Below are positions 12,393 to 21,822 of a DNA stretch of 64,000 nt, piece by piece (the first letter of the stretch is position 1; every line of letters begins with the position of its first letter). Under the pieces are notes generated by a model. That model did no database searches. It was not told the DNA's origin and saw nothing but the letters and a program-made list of their open reading frames with translations. Made by a program: the position numbers and the translations under genes. Origin of the DNA: Chloroflexota bacterium (GTDB taxonomy: Bacteria; Chloroflexota; Dormibacteria; Dormibacterales; Dormibacteraceae); assembly GCA_005880695.1 (NCBI GenBank), contig VBGR01000037.1:17584-81583 (forward strand). Direction: 5' to 3'.

Positions 12393-13121
12393 ATGGCCAC
12401 GTCGGTGCGAGTGCTCGGAGTGAGAGTCGACGCCGTGGACACGGCCGGGGCCGTCGCCCGGATCGGCGCGCTGGTCGAGGCGGGTGGCCACCACCAGGTC
12501 GCCACGGTGAACCCGGAATTCATCATGCTGGCGCGCCGCGACCCGGAGTTCGCGCGCATCCTGGAAGCCGCTGACCTCTGTCTGGCCGACGGTTGGGGAG
12601 TTACCTGGGCCGCCAAGCAGCTCGGCGTCCCCTTGCCCGGGCGAGTGCCGGGCAGCGACTTCCTGGAGCCGCTGGCCGGCTTCGCCGCCGAGCGCGGATA
12701 TCGCGTCTTCTTTTTGGGTGCGGCCGCAGGCGTGGCCGAAGCCGCCGCCACGGCGCTGCGGCGGGCGCACCCGCGGCTTCAGGTGGCGGGCTGCCACGCC
12801 GGCGACGCCGGGCCCGAAGGGGACGCAGAAAGCCTGGCGCTGATTCGGGCGGCGCGTCCGCAGATCCTGCTGGTCGCCTACGGCCACCCGAAGCAAGAGC
12901 TCTGGATCGAGCGGAACCGGCTGCGAGCTGAGGTGCCGGTGGCGATGGGCGTGGGCGGGGCTTTCGACTTCGTCTCGGGCCGGGTGCCGAGGGCGCCGGC
13001 CTGGATGCGCAGGGTGGGCCTGGAATGGCTGTACCGCCTCGGCCGTGAGCCCTGGCGCGCGCGCCGGATGGCGGTGCTCCCGGCCTTTGCCATCCGCGTC
13101 CTCCTTGCGGCTGGCCGATAA
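12393..13121 (+). CDS. WecG/TagA/CpsF family glycosyltransferase (GT26)
   Basis: 242 aa with VNPEFIMLA, LADGWGVTWAAK and the typical size of a GT26 ManNAc-transferase-like enzyme. Confidence 0.8.
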   Translation: MATSVRVLGVRVDAVDTAGAVARIGALVEAGGHHQVATVNPEFIMLARRDPEFARILEAADLCLADGWGVTWAAKQLGVPLPGRVPGSDFLEPLAGFAAERGYRVFFLGAAAGVAEAAATALRRAHPRLQVAGCHAGDAGPEGDAESLALIRAARPQILLVAYGHPKQELWIERNRLRAEVPVAMGVGGAFDFVSGRVPRAPAWMRRVGLEWLYRLGREPWRARRMAVLPAFAIRVLLAAGR

Positions 13122-13132
13122 CATCACGGCCC

Positions 13133-13843
13133 GTGGCAACCGCGCCTCAGCTCTCGGTGGTGATCCCGGCCTTCAATGAGGAGGCCCGCGTGCTGCAGAG
13201 CCTGGAGCTGATCGCACCGTACCTGCAGGCGTCCGGCCTCGCTTACGAGGTGATCGTGGTCGATGATGGCAGCAGCGACTCCACAGCGGCCCTGGTCAGG
13301 GAAGCCGCCGCCGCGAACAGCCACGTCCGCGCCCTGGAGCTCAAGCCGAACCAGGGCAAGGGCCGGGCGGTGGCGGAGGGGGTGCTGGCCTCGAGGGGCG
13401 AGCTGGTGCTGGTCTCGGATACCGACTTCTCGAGCCCGATCGAAGAGATGTCCAAGCTCCAGGCCGCGATCGACGCCGGCGCTGACATTGCCATCGGGTC
13501 GCGCGCCAAGAGAGGCGCGCGGGAGAAGGAGCAGCCGATTCACCGGGTCCTGATGGGAAAGACGTTCAACCTCATGGTGCAGGCCGTCGCCCTGCCCGGT
13601 CTCTGGGATACGCAATGCGGATTCAAGCTCTACAAAGGAAAGGTCGCGCGAGAGGTCTTCTCGAAGCTGCGGACCGACGGGTTCGCATTCGACGTCGAGG
13701 CCCTGTTGCGCGCCCGCCGGGCGGGCTACAGGGTGGCGGAGGTGCCGGTGGTCTGGCGACACTCGGCTCCGACCAGGATCCTGCCTTTCCGGCATTCGGC
13801 CCAGATGGTGCGCGATCTGGTGCGGATCCGGTTCATGCCGTGA
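13133..13843 (+). CDS. GT2 polyprenyl-phosphate hexosyltransferase (dolichyl-phosphate glucosyltransferase-like)
   Basis: VVIPAFNEE, VVDDGSSD and SDTDFS (DXD) motifs. The FRLYKG-type segment is present as CGFKLYKG. Confidence 0.75.
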   Translation: MATAPQLSVVIPAFNEEARVLQSLELIAPYLQASGLAYEVIVVDDGSSDSTAALVREAAAANSHVRALELKPNQGKGRAVAEGVLASRGELVLVSDTDFSSPIEEMSKLQAAIDAGADIAIGSRAKRGAREKEQPIHRVLMGKTFNLMVQAVALPGLWDTQCGFKLYKGKVAREVFSKLRTDGFAFDVEALLRARRAGYRVAEVPVVWRHSAPTRILPFRHSAQMVRDLVRIRFMP

Positions 13844-14559
13844 ACCGCCGAACCGGCCCGGGTCGAGCCCTCGTCGTCCTGCCGACTTACAACGAGATCG
13901 ACGACCTGGCGCGCGTCGTGCACGGCATCCGGGCCACCGGGAGCGAGGTCCTCGTCGTCGACGACAGCTCGCCCGATGGGACCGGCCGCCTGGCCGACGA
14001 GCTCGCTGTCGCCGACAACGGAGTGTGTGTGCTCCACCGTCCGGCCAAGCTCGGTCTCGGCAGCGCTTACGTGGCCGGCTTTCGCATCGGCCTCGAACGC
14101 GGCTACGACATCCTCGTCGAAATGGACGCGGACGGTTCGCACCTGCCGGCGCATCTGCCGGCAATCCTCGCGGCCGCGCGCGAAAGCGGCGGGATCGGCC
14201 TCGGCTCCCGCTACGTGGCGGGCGGTTCAATCACCGGCTGGGGGCCGGCACGCCAGTTCCTGTCGAGAGGCGCGAACGTATACTGCCGGGCCGTGCTCGG
14301 GCTGAGCGTCCACGACTCCACCTCGGGCTACCGGGCTTACACCCGGGACGTCCTGGAGGCGATCGACCTGAGCCGGCTGATCAGCCAGGGCTACTCGTTC
14401 CAGATCGAGATGGTCCACCAGGCGGTGCGCCGGGGCTTCGGGGTCATCGAGGTTCCGATCCACTTCGAGGACCGCATCGCCGGCCGCTCCAAGGTCTCCG
14501 AAGGCGAGGTCCGCAAGGCCCTCTGGAACGTGGTCCGGATGAGGTTCGGTTGGCGGTAG
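13840..14559 (+). CDS. GT2 polyprenol-monophosphomannose synthase-like (Ppm1/DPM1 type)
   Basis: VVLPTYNE, VVDDSSPDGT, EMDADGSH and SGYRAY motifs. GTG 13840 overlaps the upstream stop (GTGA). Track ORF 13615-14559 was trimmed. Confidence 0.75.
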   Translation: MNRRTGPGRALVVLPTYNEIDDLARVVHGIRATGSEVLVVDDSSPDGTGRLADELAVADNGVCVLHRPAKLGLGSAYVAGFRIGLERGYDILVEMDADGSHLPAHLPAILAAARESGGIGLGSRYVAGGSITGWGPARQFLSRGANVYCRAVLGLSVHDSTSGYRAYTRDVLEAIDLSRLISQGYSFQIEMVHQAVRRGFGVIEVPIHFEDRIAGRSKVSEGEVRKALWNVVRMRFGWR

Positions 14560-16142
14560 CCAGTGAGGCGACGGCCGGAGCCTCCTTAGGGGTCCGGTCG
14601 ACGATTCGGTCCGGTCTCGCTCTGGCGATGGCCCTTGCGGCGGTGCTCGCCATCCTGACCCTCCTGCCCTATGCCTACGCGCACCTGGCCAGCCCGCCGG
14701 GCCGCGTCTTCATGGGGTTCTTCTTTCTGGGCGACGACGCCAACACCTACCTGGCCAAGATGCGCGAGGGCTGGGACGGCCAGTGGTTGTGGACCAACCG
14801 CTACACGACGGAGTCCAGCCCGCCCGTCTACTTCTTCGTCTACTGGCTGGCGCTCGGCAAGCTGGCGGCGATCCTCCACCTGCCGCTGCTCGGCATGTTT
14901 CACCTCGCCCGGGTGGCCGGCGCCTTCCTGCTCCTCTACGCGGCCTGGGTTTTCATCGAGCATTTCATCGAGGAGCCCCGTGCACGCCGGTTCGCGATCG
15001 TGTTCCTGGCTTTCGGGCTGGGACTGGGATGGGTGCTCCAGCTGGCCGGGAAACCGGTGCTCTTCGGCGCCCAGACGGACACGCTCGACTGGCGCATGCC
15101 CGAGCTCTCCGCCTTCTACTCAGTGCTGGCATTGCCGCATTTCGCCTGGGCCGCCGCCTTCCAGGCGCTGGGAGCCGTTCTCACTCTGAAGGCCGCCGAG
15201 CGCGGCAGCCTGAAGCTCGGCCTGCTGGGTGGCCTGGCCTGGCTCGGGGAGGCCTCGATCCACCCGCAGATGCCGATCCTGGTCGGCGCCGCAGTGGTTG
15301 TGGCGCTTGTGTACCGGCGGGTCAGCCTCCGCGGTTACGCCGCCGCCGGGCTGGCGCTGGCATTGGTCGCGCCTTATATCGCCTATTCGTACTTCGCTTT
15401 CCTGGGCAACCCCGAGGTGACGCGCTGGAGCTCGCAGTGGCGCAACAACCTGGCTCCGGACCTGGTCAGTCTCGGGATGGCGCTCCTGCCCCAGCTGCTG
15501 CTGGCCGCCTTCGCGGTCCCGACAATGCTGCGCCGGCGCTCCCGAGGGGACGTGTTCCTGCTCGCCTGGCTCCTGCTCCTGGCGGCGATCCTCTGGCTGC
15601 CCAACCCCGCCGGCAACCTCCGGCGGCGCTTCTTCGACGGCGTCTACCTGCCGCTCGTCGTGATGGCCGCGCAGGGTCTCTATGGCACGATCCTACCCCG
15701 GCTCCGAGGCCCTATCCGCCGGCTCTTGCCCTTCAGCTATGCCGCCTTCGCTGTCATCGGCAGCGCCTTCCTGCTCTTCGGCCCGCTACTGGTCGCGGCC
15801 AGCCCGCAGTACTCGATCCCGGCCGGCGACTACCAGGCGCTGCTCTGGCTCGACACGCAGCCGTCGGGTGTGGTCGTCTCCTCGTCGCGGCTCGGGCTGA
15901 TGATCCCCGCTTACACATCGGACACCGTGTACGTAGGCCAGTACAGCGAGACCTATAACTGGGCCGACAAGTCGCGGCAGGTCGACGCCTTGCTGCACGG
16001 CCAGGGCGACATCGCGGCGTTCGCCCGGCAAGAGGGCGCCCGCTACGTCGTCTGGTCGGCCGCGGACACCTCGGAGGAACCGCCGGCGTCGCTCGGGACG
16101 CCGGCTTTCCGTGCCCCTGGGGTTTACGTCTTCCGGACCTGA
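14550..16142 (+). CDS. Large polytopic membrane protein, probable GT-C-type glycosyltransferase
   Basis: About 530 aa with more than 10 predicted TM helices and an early loop FFFLGDDANTYLAKMREGW. It lies directly after two polyprenyl-P-sugar synthases. The start was taken at TTG 14550 (track ORF 14025 overlaps the upstream gene). The function is an inference. Confidence 0.5.
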   Translation: MAVASEATAGASLGVRSTIRSGLALAMALAAVLAILTLLPYAYAHLASPPGRVFMGFFFLGDDANTYLAKMREGWDGQWLWTNRYTTESSPPVYFFVYWLALGKLAAILHLPLLGMFHLARVAGAFLLLYAAWVFIEHFIEEPRARRFAIVFLAFGLGLGWVLQLAGKPVLFGAQTDTLDWRMPELSAFYSVLALPHFAWAAAFQALGAVLTLKAAERGSLKLGLLGGLAWLGEASIHPQMPILVGAAVVVALVYRRVSLRGYAAAGLALALVAPYIAYSYFAFLGNPEVTRWSSQWRNNLAPDLVSLGMALLPQLLLAAFAVPTMLRRRSRGDVFLLAWLLLLAAILWLPNPAGNLRRRFFDGVYLPLVVMAAQGLYGTILPRLRGPIRRLLPFSYAAFAVIGSAFLLFGPLLVAASPQYSIPAGDYQALLWLDTQPSGVVVSSSRLGLMIPAYTSDTVYVGQYSETYNWADKSRQVDALLHGQGDIAAFARQEGARYVVWSAADTSEEPPASLGTPAFRAPGVYVFRT

Positions 16143-16163
16143 GATCGCCGGGCCGAGGGCGCG

Positions 16164-17846
16164 TCAGGCGGGCGTGAGGTCTGTGTAGTCGTTGACGATG
16201 ACAGCCGAGCCTGCATCCGGGAAGTTGCCGAGGCCCCAGCTCTTCGAGTAGGGCGCACTCGTCTGCGAGAGCACGTTGCCGGACGCATCCCTTGTTATGA
16301 GGGTGGCCGTCCCGTGCAGGGTTACGCCGATCAACCGAGGGGCCTGGGTGCTGAACTTGGGCAGCCAGAGGCCCAGGCCCGCTTGGTCGAAGCTGTAGGT
16401 CTTCTGGATGATGGTCCCCGAGGAAACGTCCTGGCTGATGACGTCGGTGAACTCTTTCAGGGCATCGCCGCTGGCGGCGGTCGACGCCAGTTTCGAGTCG
16501 CGAGAGCGGCGGGCTTCCGACTCGACGATCAGGTCGAGCACGACGTCATGGCCCATCCTGGCGGCCCTCTGTGGCGTCATCGACGGGTCGAAGGCCGTCA
16601 CGTTCGCGGGAATGCTCACGGTGGGTATCGGCGGCAGCACCCAGATCCGCGCTGACACCGCGACCGGCTCTGACGGTCCGGCCGGTGGCAGTGCCGCCCC
16701 GGCTGCGCTGGTCATCCAGGCCGCGAGGCTCGGCCCAGAGTTGACGTTGAGAACGACGGTGGGCGAGGAGCCGTCCGGAAGCTCGGGAGCCGGTTGGGGG
16801 CTATGGGTGGAGAGGCTGGCAGCCACGGGCAGGCTCTCCGTGAAGAGGAGGACCAGGGCGATGGTGGCCACGACCGGCCAGAACGTGCGGCGCCGGTTGA
16901 CCGCCGGGGCGCCCGGCTCGAGGTGCGCAAACGCGCGCGTCAGGGCGAAGCGCAGGGCACACGCGATGACGAGGCTGCCAAGGATCGCGGTCTTGGTCCA
17001 GAACTCCAGCGTGGTCGGCCCCAGCAACACGACCGCCAGCAATGCGACGACCACGCCGAACACGATCCTGGCCACCGGACCGTCGGGGACGGTTCTGGGG
17101 TCCGGGATCATGAACAGCGCGAAGATCAGCACCTCCGGCGAGGTGAAGAGGACCTGCCAGAGCTCCAACCCGCACATGGGAGTCGCATGCCAGCTGGCGA
17201 CCATGCAGTGGTCAGGTATGGAAGCCAGCGCCAGATAGAGGAAGGCGGCGAACCCTGCGATGAAGCCCAGCTCCAGCCCGAGCAGGCGGAGCTCCCAGGC
17301 GATCAAGAACCCGCCGCCGATCAAGATCGCGTAGGCGACGATCATCCAGGGGCCGAGCGGAGCCCACCAGAGGTCCAGCGGCTCGGTGTATCGCGGCCCC
17401 AGCGCTATAAAGGCCAGGACCAGTCCGAAGTTGGAGGGGTTGAAGATGTGCCTTCCGTGCCAGCGGATGAGGTACTTCGACGCCATCGAGATGGCGACCA
17501 CGCCGATGAAGATCCAGACCCCATGGAGGCTCCACCAGTCGCCGTGGACGGTACCCGGGACACGCAGGATGAAAGCGGAGCTGTTGCCGGTGAGCAATCC
17601 GCTGGCGGGCCAGAGGAAGGTCTTGTCCTTGAAGACGCTGACGCTGAACTCGATGAGCGCGCCGGCAGCCAGGCAGGCCAGGATCTGCGCCACCGAGAGC
17701 CGAAAGCCGAGAACTGTCTGGCCCAGCGCCTGGAGGGTCAGCAACACCGCGGCGACGTGCAGCCGGGGATCGCGGATGCTGGGCAGGATGACGCGGTATT
17801 CGCGACCGCCGATCCGGACAGTTCTAGGCCGGCCGCTGCCGCTCAT
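16164..17846 (-). CDS. NQR2/RnfD/RnfE-family membrane protein with a C-terminal extracytoplasmic domain
   Basis: The N-terminal ~330 aa are polytopic, with HIFNPSNFG and FMIPDPRTVP motifs typical of the RnfD/NqrB family. The C-terminal ~220 aa are soluble-looking. No other Rnf/Nqr subunits are nearby. Confidence 0.5.
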   Translation of the reverse strand: MSGSGRPRTVRIGGREYRVILPSIRDPRLHVAAVLLTLQALGQTVLGFRLSVAQILACLAAGALIEFSVSVFKDKTFLWPASGLLTGNSSAFILRVPGTVHGDWWSLHGVWIFIGVVAISMASKYLIRWHGRHIFNPSNFGLVLAFIALGPRYTEPLDLWWAPLGPWMIVAYAILIGGGFLIAWELRLLGLELGFIAGFAAFLYLALASIPDHCMVASWHATPMCGLELWQVLFTSPEVLIFALFMIPDPRTVPDGPVARIVFGVVVALLAVVLLGPTTLEFWTKTAILGSLVIACALRFALTRAFAHLEPGAPAVNRRRTFWPVVATIALVLLFTESLPVAASLSTHSPQPAPELPDGSSPTVVLNVNSGPSLAAWMTSAAGAALPPAGPSEPVAVSARIWVLPPIPTVSIPANVTAFDPSMTPQRAARMGHDVVLDLIVESEARRSRDSKLASTAASGDALKEFTDVISQDVSSGTIIQKTYSFDQAGLGLWLPKFSTQAPRLIGVTLHGTATLITRDASGNVLSQTSAPYSKSWGLGNFPDAGSAVIVNDYTDLTPA

Positions 17847-17861
17847 GGTCGGATAACGGTC

Positions 17862-18890
17862 ATGGCGATGGGGCCGTTACAGGACCGGAATGAGATTGAC
17901 TTGAGTCACCGTGCCTGGGCCACCCTAGTCGGAGCCGCGGCTCTCACCCTCCTTGCCGCGTGCGACCTGCCCTTGGGACTCGGCCTGCCGACCACTCGCG
18001 CCCTGGAAAGCGGCGCCGCCGGTTCCTTGACAGGAGCCAGGAGCTTCCAGATAACCGGCTCCTATAGCGAGTCCGGAACGCGGTGGTCGTTCGACCTGCA
18101 GCTGTCCCGGCCGGCGACCGAGCACGTGGTCATGACTGCCGGGAACGTGCAGCTGGAGGCCGTCGTCACCAGCGCTAATACGTACTTCCGCGGTCAGCAG
18201 TTCCTGTCGGACCACCTCGGTAGCGATCTGCTTTCGCGCAACCTCGTCAAGGCCGCCGGCAACGCCTGGTGGAAAGGCTTGGCCGGCAAGGTGCCGCAGC
18301 TGCCAGACCTGACCGACGGCGTCCGGTTCAAGCAGACCTTCCTCGGGTCGGTGGTGACCCAGCGGTCCGACCACGTGTCGGTTGCTGGAATCGATGCGGT
18401 CGACCTTTCGAGCGCCAGAGCTGATGTGTACATCGCCGCCCAGCCGCCGCACCAGCTGCTGCGGGTGCGTATGAAAAGGCGCGTCGCGATCGACGGCATC
18501 AGCGATGGTGACCTCCGCTACAGCAACTTCGACCGCGACTTTCAGATTGCCGCACCGAGCAATGTGATCGACTTCACGAACCTCTCGACGCTGCCCCCCA
18601 TCTACACGGTCGTGTCGGTCGACACTTCGGGCTGCGGCGAGCCCTGCGTCGTCTCTGCGTTGCTAAAGAACCTGGGCGGGAAGAGCGGCGCCAGGGCGCC
18701 GTCCACCGTGATGTTCAGCGTCACCGATCCGGCCGCGAACAGGGTGGTCGGCGGCTGCCAGGCGCAGGTCCGGCCGGACGTCGGCTACAACGTCACGACA
18801 ACCGTCAGCTGCACTGTCAGCGGCCTCAACAGCCAGCAGGAAAACGCGGCTTTGGTCACGGCGACGGCAGACAATCCCGGTCGCGGGTGA
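17862..18890 (+). CDS. Lipoprotein (LolA/LprG-like fold suspected) with a C-terminal Ig-like region
   Basis: Signal peptide with lipobox LTLLAAC. Track ORF 16794-18890 was trimmed to ATG 17862 because upstream codons are antisense to the RnfD-like gene. The fold assignment is tentative. Confidence 0.55.
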   Translation: MAMGPLQDRNEIDLSHRAWATLVGAAALTLLAACDLPLGLGLPTTRALESGAAGSLTGARSFQITGSYSESGTRWSFDLQLSRPATEHVVMTAGNVQLEAVVTSANTYFRGQQFLSDHLGSDLLSRNLVKAAGNAWWKGLAGKVPQLPDLTDGVRFKQTFLGSVVTQRSDHVSVAGIDAVDLSSARADVYIAAQPPHQLLRVRMKRRVAIDGISDGDLRYSNFDRDFQIAAPSNVIDFTNLSTLPPIYTVVSVDTSGCGEPCVVSALLKNLGGKSGARAPSTVMFSVTDPAANRVVGGCQAQVRPDVGYNVTTTVSCTVSGLNSQQENAALVTATADNPGRG

Positions 18891-18896
18891 ACGGCG

Positions 18897-20318
18897 TTAA
18901 GTCTTCCGAACGTAGATGACGGCGACGTCGTCCTGGTATACCCGTTGCCAGTTCGGCTCCGTGGCAAGCACGTTTGCCAGCGCCTCGTCCCGGTTGTAGA
19001 CGACGTAGTCGACCTGGTAGTCGTCGAGGACCTGGACCCAGTTGCGACGCAGGGTCTGGACGTCCTGGTACTGCTGGAGCAGCCGGTCGCCCATCAGCGT
19101 CGCCTCGCCGAAGATGAAGACCCGGCGGCTGGCGTCCGGGTAAAAGCGGTCGGCCAGATAGCCGCCCCAGCCGTACTGGTTGTACATGCGGGTGCCGACC
19201 TCCGGGTGCGCCCGCAGCCAGTCCCCCGCCGCGACCGGGTAGGAAGCGCGCGTGTCCGCGTCCTGGTGGGCGAGCGCGGTCGCGATGCGGTAGCCGGAGG
19301 CGCCCGCGATCACCACCAGCGCAAGCGCCGTGAGAGCGGCGAAGAGCGGAGCCGGCGTGGCACCAGGCAATCGCCAGCCGCGCCGCTCGGATTCTTCTCG
19401 CCAGGTCGCCGACAGGCTCTCGATGAGGATCGGGGTCACGGCCGCGATGAAGAGGACCAGGTTGCGCACCGACTCCAGCGAGAGGGCGAGAGCGGCAAGG
19501 GCCAGGAAGAGGTCATAGGCCGCCGGGCGCCGGAGGGCAAAAGCAAGGAAGAGGAGCAGGATCGCGGCCAGGAAAGGCAGCAGCACGGTCAGGTGGAAGT
19601 CAGGCGAGAACCACTCCACGATCAGCCGCCGCTGGGTCGCGCTGCTGAGGGTTTCCAGGGGGTTCAAGAAGACCCGGTAGAAGTGGGGAGTGGCCAGCGC
19701 GGCCAGCAGAGAAAGGCCGAGCACCCTGCCGAGTGTGCGCAGGCGCATCAGGTGCGCTGCGTCCCGGCGATCGAGCACCCAGCCCACGGCCTCCGCTGCG
19801 ATCGCCACGCCCAGGAAGACGTAGGCGACCAGGAACCCGCCGTGGAAGTTGGCCCAGAGCGCGACGGCGAGGGGCAGCCAGTTGATCGCGCGGCTGCGCC
19901 CTTGCAGGTAGCCGCGCAGCCAGTAGAGCTCCAGGCAAGCGAAGAAGAAGGTGATCATCTGGGCGCGCGGGCCCCAGATGGGCGCGCCTGCCAGCGCGGC
20001 GAGGGCGATGCCGAGGCCGGCGATGACGTAGGGGCGGCGACCCGCGCCCGCGGTCTTGTAGATCAGCCAGAAGCCCGCCCAGGTCAGGGCGCCGAAGAAG
20101 AGGCTGACGGCCGCCAGCCCGCCCCAGCCCTGGAGAAGGGCGATCAGCACCTCCGAGAGATACTCGTGGTCGATCCAGGCGTGGCCTGTCGCCGTGTATG
20201 TGAAGAGGTCGGTCGAGGGCAGCCGGCCGTTGTCGAGCATCCAGCGGCCGACCCGGTAGTGCCACCAGTAGTCCGGGTCCTGCACTGAGCTCGTGAAAGC
20301 CGCCCAGATGGCGACCAT
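18897..20318 (-). CDS. Polytopic membrane protein, GT-C/PMT-like putative glycosyltransferase
   Basis: 473 aa with about 12 TM helices. The N-terminal loop DPDYWWHYRVGRWMLDNGRLPSTDLFTYT...WIDHEYL resembles loop-1 regions of lipid-linked-sugar transferases. Assignment is inferential. Confidence 0.5.
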   Translation of the reverse strand: MVAIWAAFTSSVQDPDYWWHYRVGRWMLDNGRLPSTDLFTYTATGHAWIDHEYLSEVLIALLQGWGGLAAVSLFFGALTWAGFWLIYKTAGAGRRPYVIAGLGIALAALAGAPIWGPRAQMITFFFACLELYWLRGYLQGRSRAINWLPLAVALWANFHGGFLVAYVFLGVAIAAEAVGWVLDRRDAAHLMRLRTLGRVLGLSLLAALATPHFYRVFLNPLETLSSATQRRLIVEWFSPDFHLTVLLPFLAAILLLFLAFALRRPAAYDLFLALAALALSLESVRNLVLFIAAVTPILIESLSATWREESERRGWRLPGATPAPLFAALTALALVVIAGASGYRIATALAHQDADTRASYPVAAGDWLRAHPEVGTRMYNQYGWGGYLADRFYPDASRRVFIFGEATLMGDRLLQQYQDVQTLRRNWVQVLDDYQVDYVVYNRDEALANVLATEPNWQRVYQDDVAVIYVRKT

Positions 20319-20359
20319 GACGCCGCCCAGGAAGAGCGTGCGCGCGGTGAGCGTCCGGG

Positions 20360-21103
20360 TCAGCGAGACCGGCGCCAGGGTTGTGGAATGAACCGAGGTA
20401 CCGACTTGAAGTACTCCTTGTAGTCGTCAGGGAAAGTGCGGGTGAGCACCTGCTCCTCCCAGCGGATGCGGAGCAGCTGGCAGGCGATGAAGGCCACCAG
20501 GACGAGCGCCTGCCAGGGGCCGAAGTTGGGCAGCACGACGCCCAGGCTGGCGGTGAACTCGCCGAGGTAGAGAGGGTTGCGCGAGAGTCCGTACGGTCCG
20601 GTCGTGACCAGCCGGCGGGCTTCCGGCAGGATCGAGAAGGACCGGCGCAGGTAGAGCAGGCCCCAAAGGGCGTAGGCGACCCCGACGGTGATGAGCAGGT
20701 TCGCCACCACGACCAGGCCGGCGCCGTGGTGCACACCGGGCAGGTAAGCGACTGAGAGGATCGCGAAGGTGCCCGCGAACGAGACAACCCAGACCTCCGG
20801 ACGGCGGAGCCCGGCCCTCGGCTTCAAGCGCACCACATAGAGGAAGAGCAGGAGGCCGAAGTAGGCCAGGCTCAAGAGGCGGTTGAGGGCGCTCTGCCAG
20901 GCTCCGGCCGAACCGTGCACTGCGACCGAGCGGAGGGCGTCGGCGAGGAGCAGGCCCTGGTCGAGCAGGAAGACGCCAGCGACCAGCGCCGGGATGGTCC
21001 GCCCGAAGACCAGGTCCGACCAGTAGGCGCGGTCGCGCCGAGCCCGCTGGCGCGCGAGCGCGGCGGGTGGGACGTCAGGTTCAGCGACGCGCGCGGTGCG
21101 CAT
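20360..21103 (-). CDS. Isoprenylcysteine carboxyl methyltransferase / phospholipid methyltransferase family membrane protein
   Basis: Multi-TM protein with C-terminal GPYGLSRNPLYLGEF and EEQVL motifs characteristic of the ICMT/PEMT family. Confidence 0.7.
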   Translation of the reverse strand: MRTARVAEPDVPPAALARQRARRDRAYWSDLVFGRTIPALVAGVFLLDQGLLLADALRSVAVHGSAGAWQSALNRLLSLAYFGLLLFLYVVRLKPRAGLRRPEVWVVSFAGTFAILSVAYLPGVHHGAGLVVVANLLITVGVAYALWGLLYLRRSFSILPEARRLVTTGPYGLSRNPLYLGEFTASLGVVLPNFGPWQALVLVAFIACQLLRIRWEEQVLTRTFPDDYKEYFKSVPRFIPQPWRRSR

Positions 21104-21122
21104 TTGGGCGGCCGTAATCTAA

Positions 21123-21822
21123 CATCCGCCTGCGCACGGCCCAGATGAGTCTCCCCGAACCCGCGACAGGCGTCTCACCGGTGACTCTGCTGGCCAGCCT
21201 CGACAGCGAGGCGGGCCGCCTCAGCGAGCTCGTGGCTCGCCTGATGGCCCGGCTCAAGTCCTCGCCGACCTAGTGCTCCGAGCCGAGATCCTGGACAAGA
21301 TCGCCGAATCCAACCCGGACGGGCTCCACCAGGAGCTGGCGGAGTTCAAGAATTCGGTGCGCAATGTCGTTGCCGACATGCGCAAGTTCATGTTCGACCT
21401 CCGCCCGGACTCGCTCGACGACCTCGGCCTGGTGGCCACCATGCGCCGCTACACGAACTCGTTCGGGGACCGGACCGGCGTGACCTGCCCCTTCAACATG
21501 ACCGGCGAGGACCGCCGGCTCCCGCCGAGCCTGGAGGAGACGCTCTTCCGGATCATGCAGGAGGCGCTCACCAACGTGCAGCGCCATGCCGCGGCCAAGA
21601 CGGTGGAGGTGACGTTGAACGTGACCGGGGAGCATGCGACAGCGCGTCCGAGACGACGGATCCGGATTCGACCCCGCCCGCTACCAGGAGCCGGTCGGTC
21701 GCCGCAAGCTCGGGGTGCTCGGGATGACCGAGCGCGCAGCCGCCCTGGGCGGCCGCCTGGAGGTGTCGAGCCAGCCCGGGCGAGGCACGGAGATCCGCGC
21801 CGAGTTCGAACTCCCGCGCTAG
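21123..21822 (+). pseudogene. Decayed HisKA_3-type sensor histidine kinase (H-box lost, frameshifted ATPase domain, no sensor domain)
   Basis: Frame 0 is open from 21123 but has no start codon before GTG 21273. It reads QRARGSPDGPAQVLADLVLRAEILDK...DLRPDSLDDLGL, and the ELHDGPAQ histidine position is Pro (CCT 21240-21242). The N-box EALTNVQRHA is intact. The frame breaks near the GGGG run at 21627-21630, and the G-boxes (DDGSGFD, GVLGMTERAAALGG) continue in another frame (track ORF 21634-21822). Confidence 0.6.

Noticed and set aside
13615-14549. 5' extensions of track ORFs 13615-14559 and 14025-16142
   Set aside because: They overlap the preceding GT2 genes in other frames. Conserved N-termini begin at GTG 13840 and about TTG 14550 respectively.
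16794-17861. 5' two-thirds of track ORF 16794-18890
   Set aside because: This part is antisense to the RnfD-like membrane protein and highly charged. A lipoprotein signal peptide begins at the internal ATG 17862, so only the 3' part was kept.
18945-20787. ORFs 18945-20288 (+) and 19600-20787 (-)
   Set aside because: They are out of frame with or antisense to the polytopic membrane protein 18897-20318 and the ICMT-like gene. Their composition is typical of shadow ORFs.
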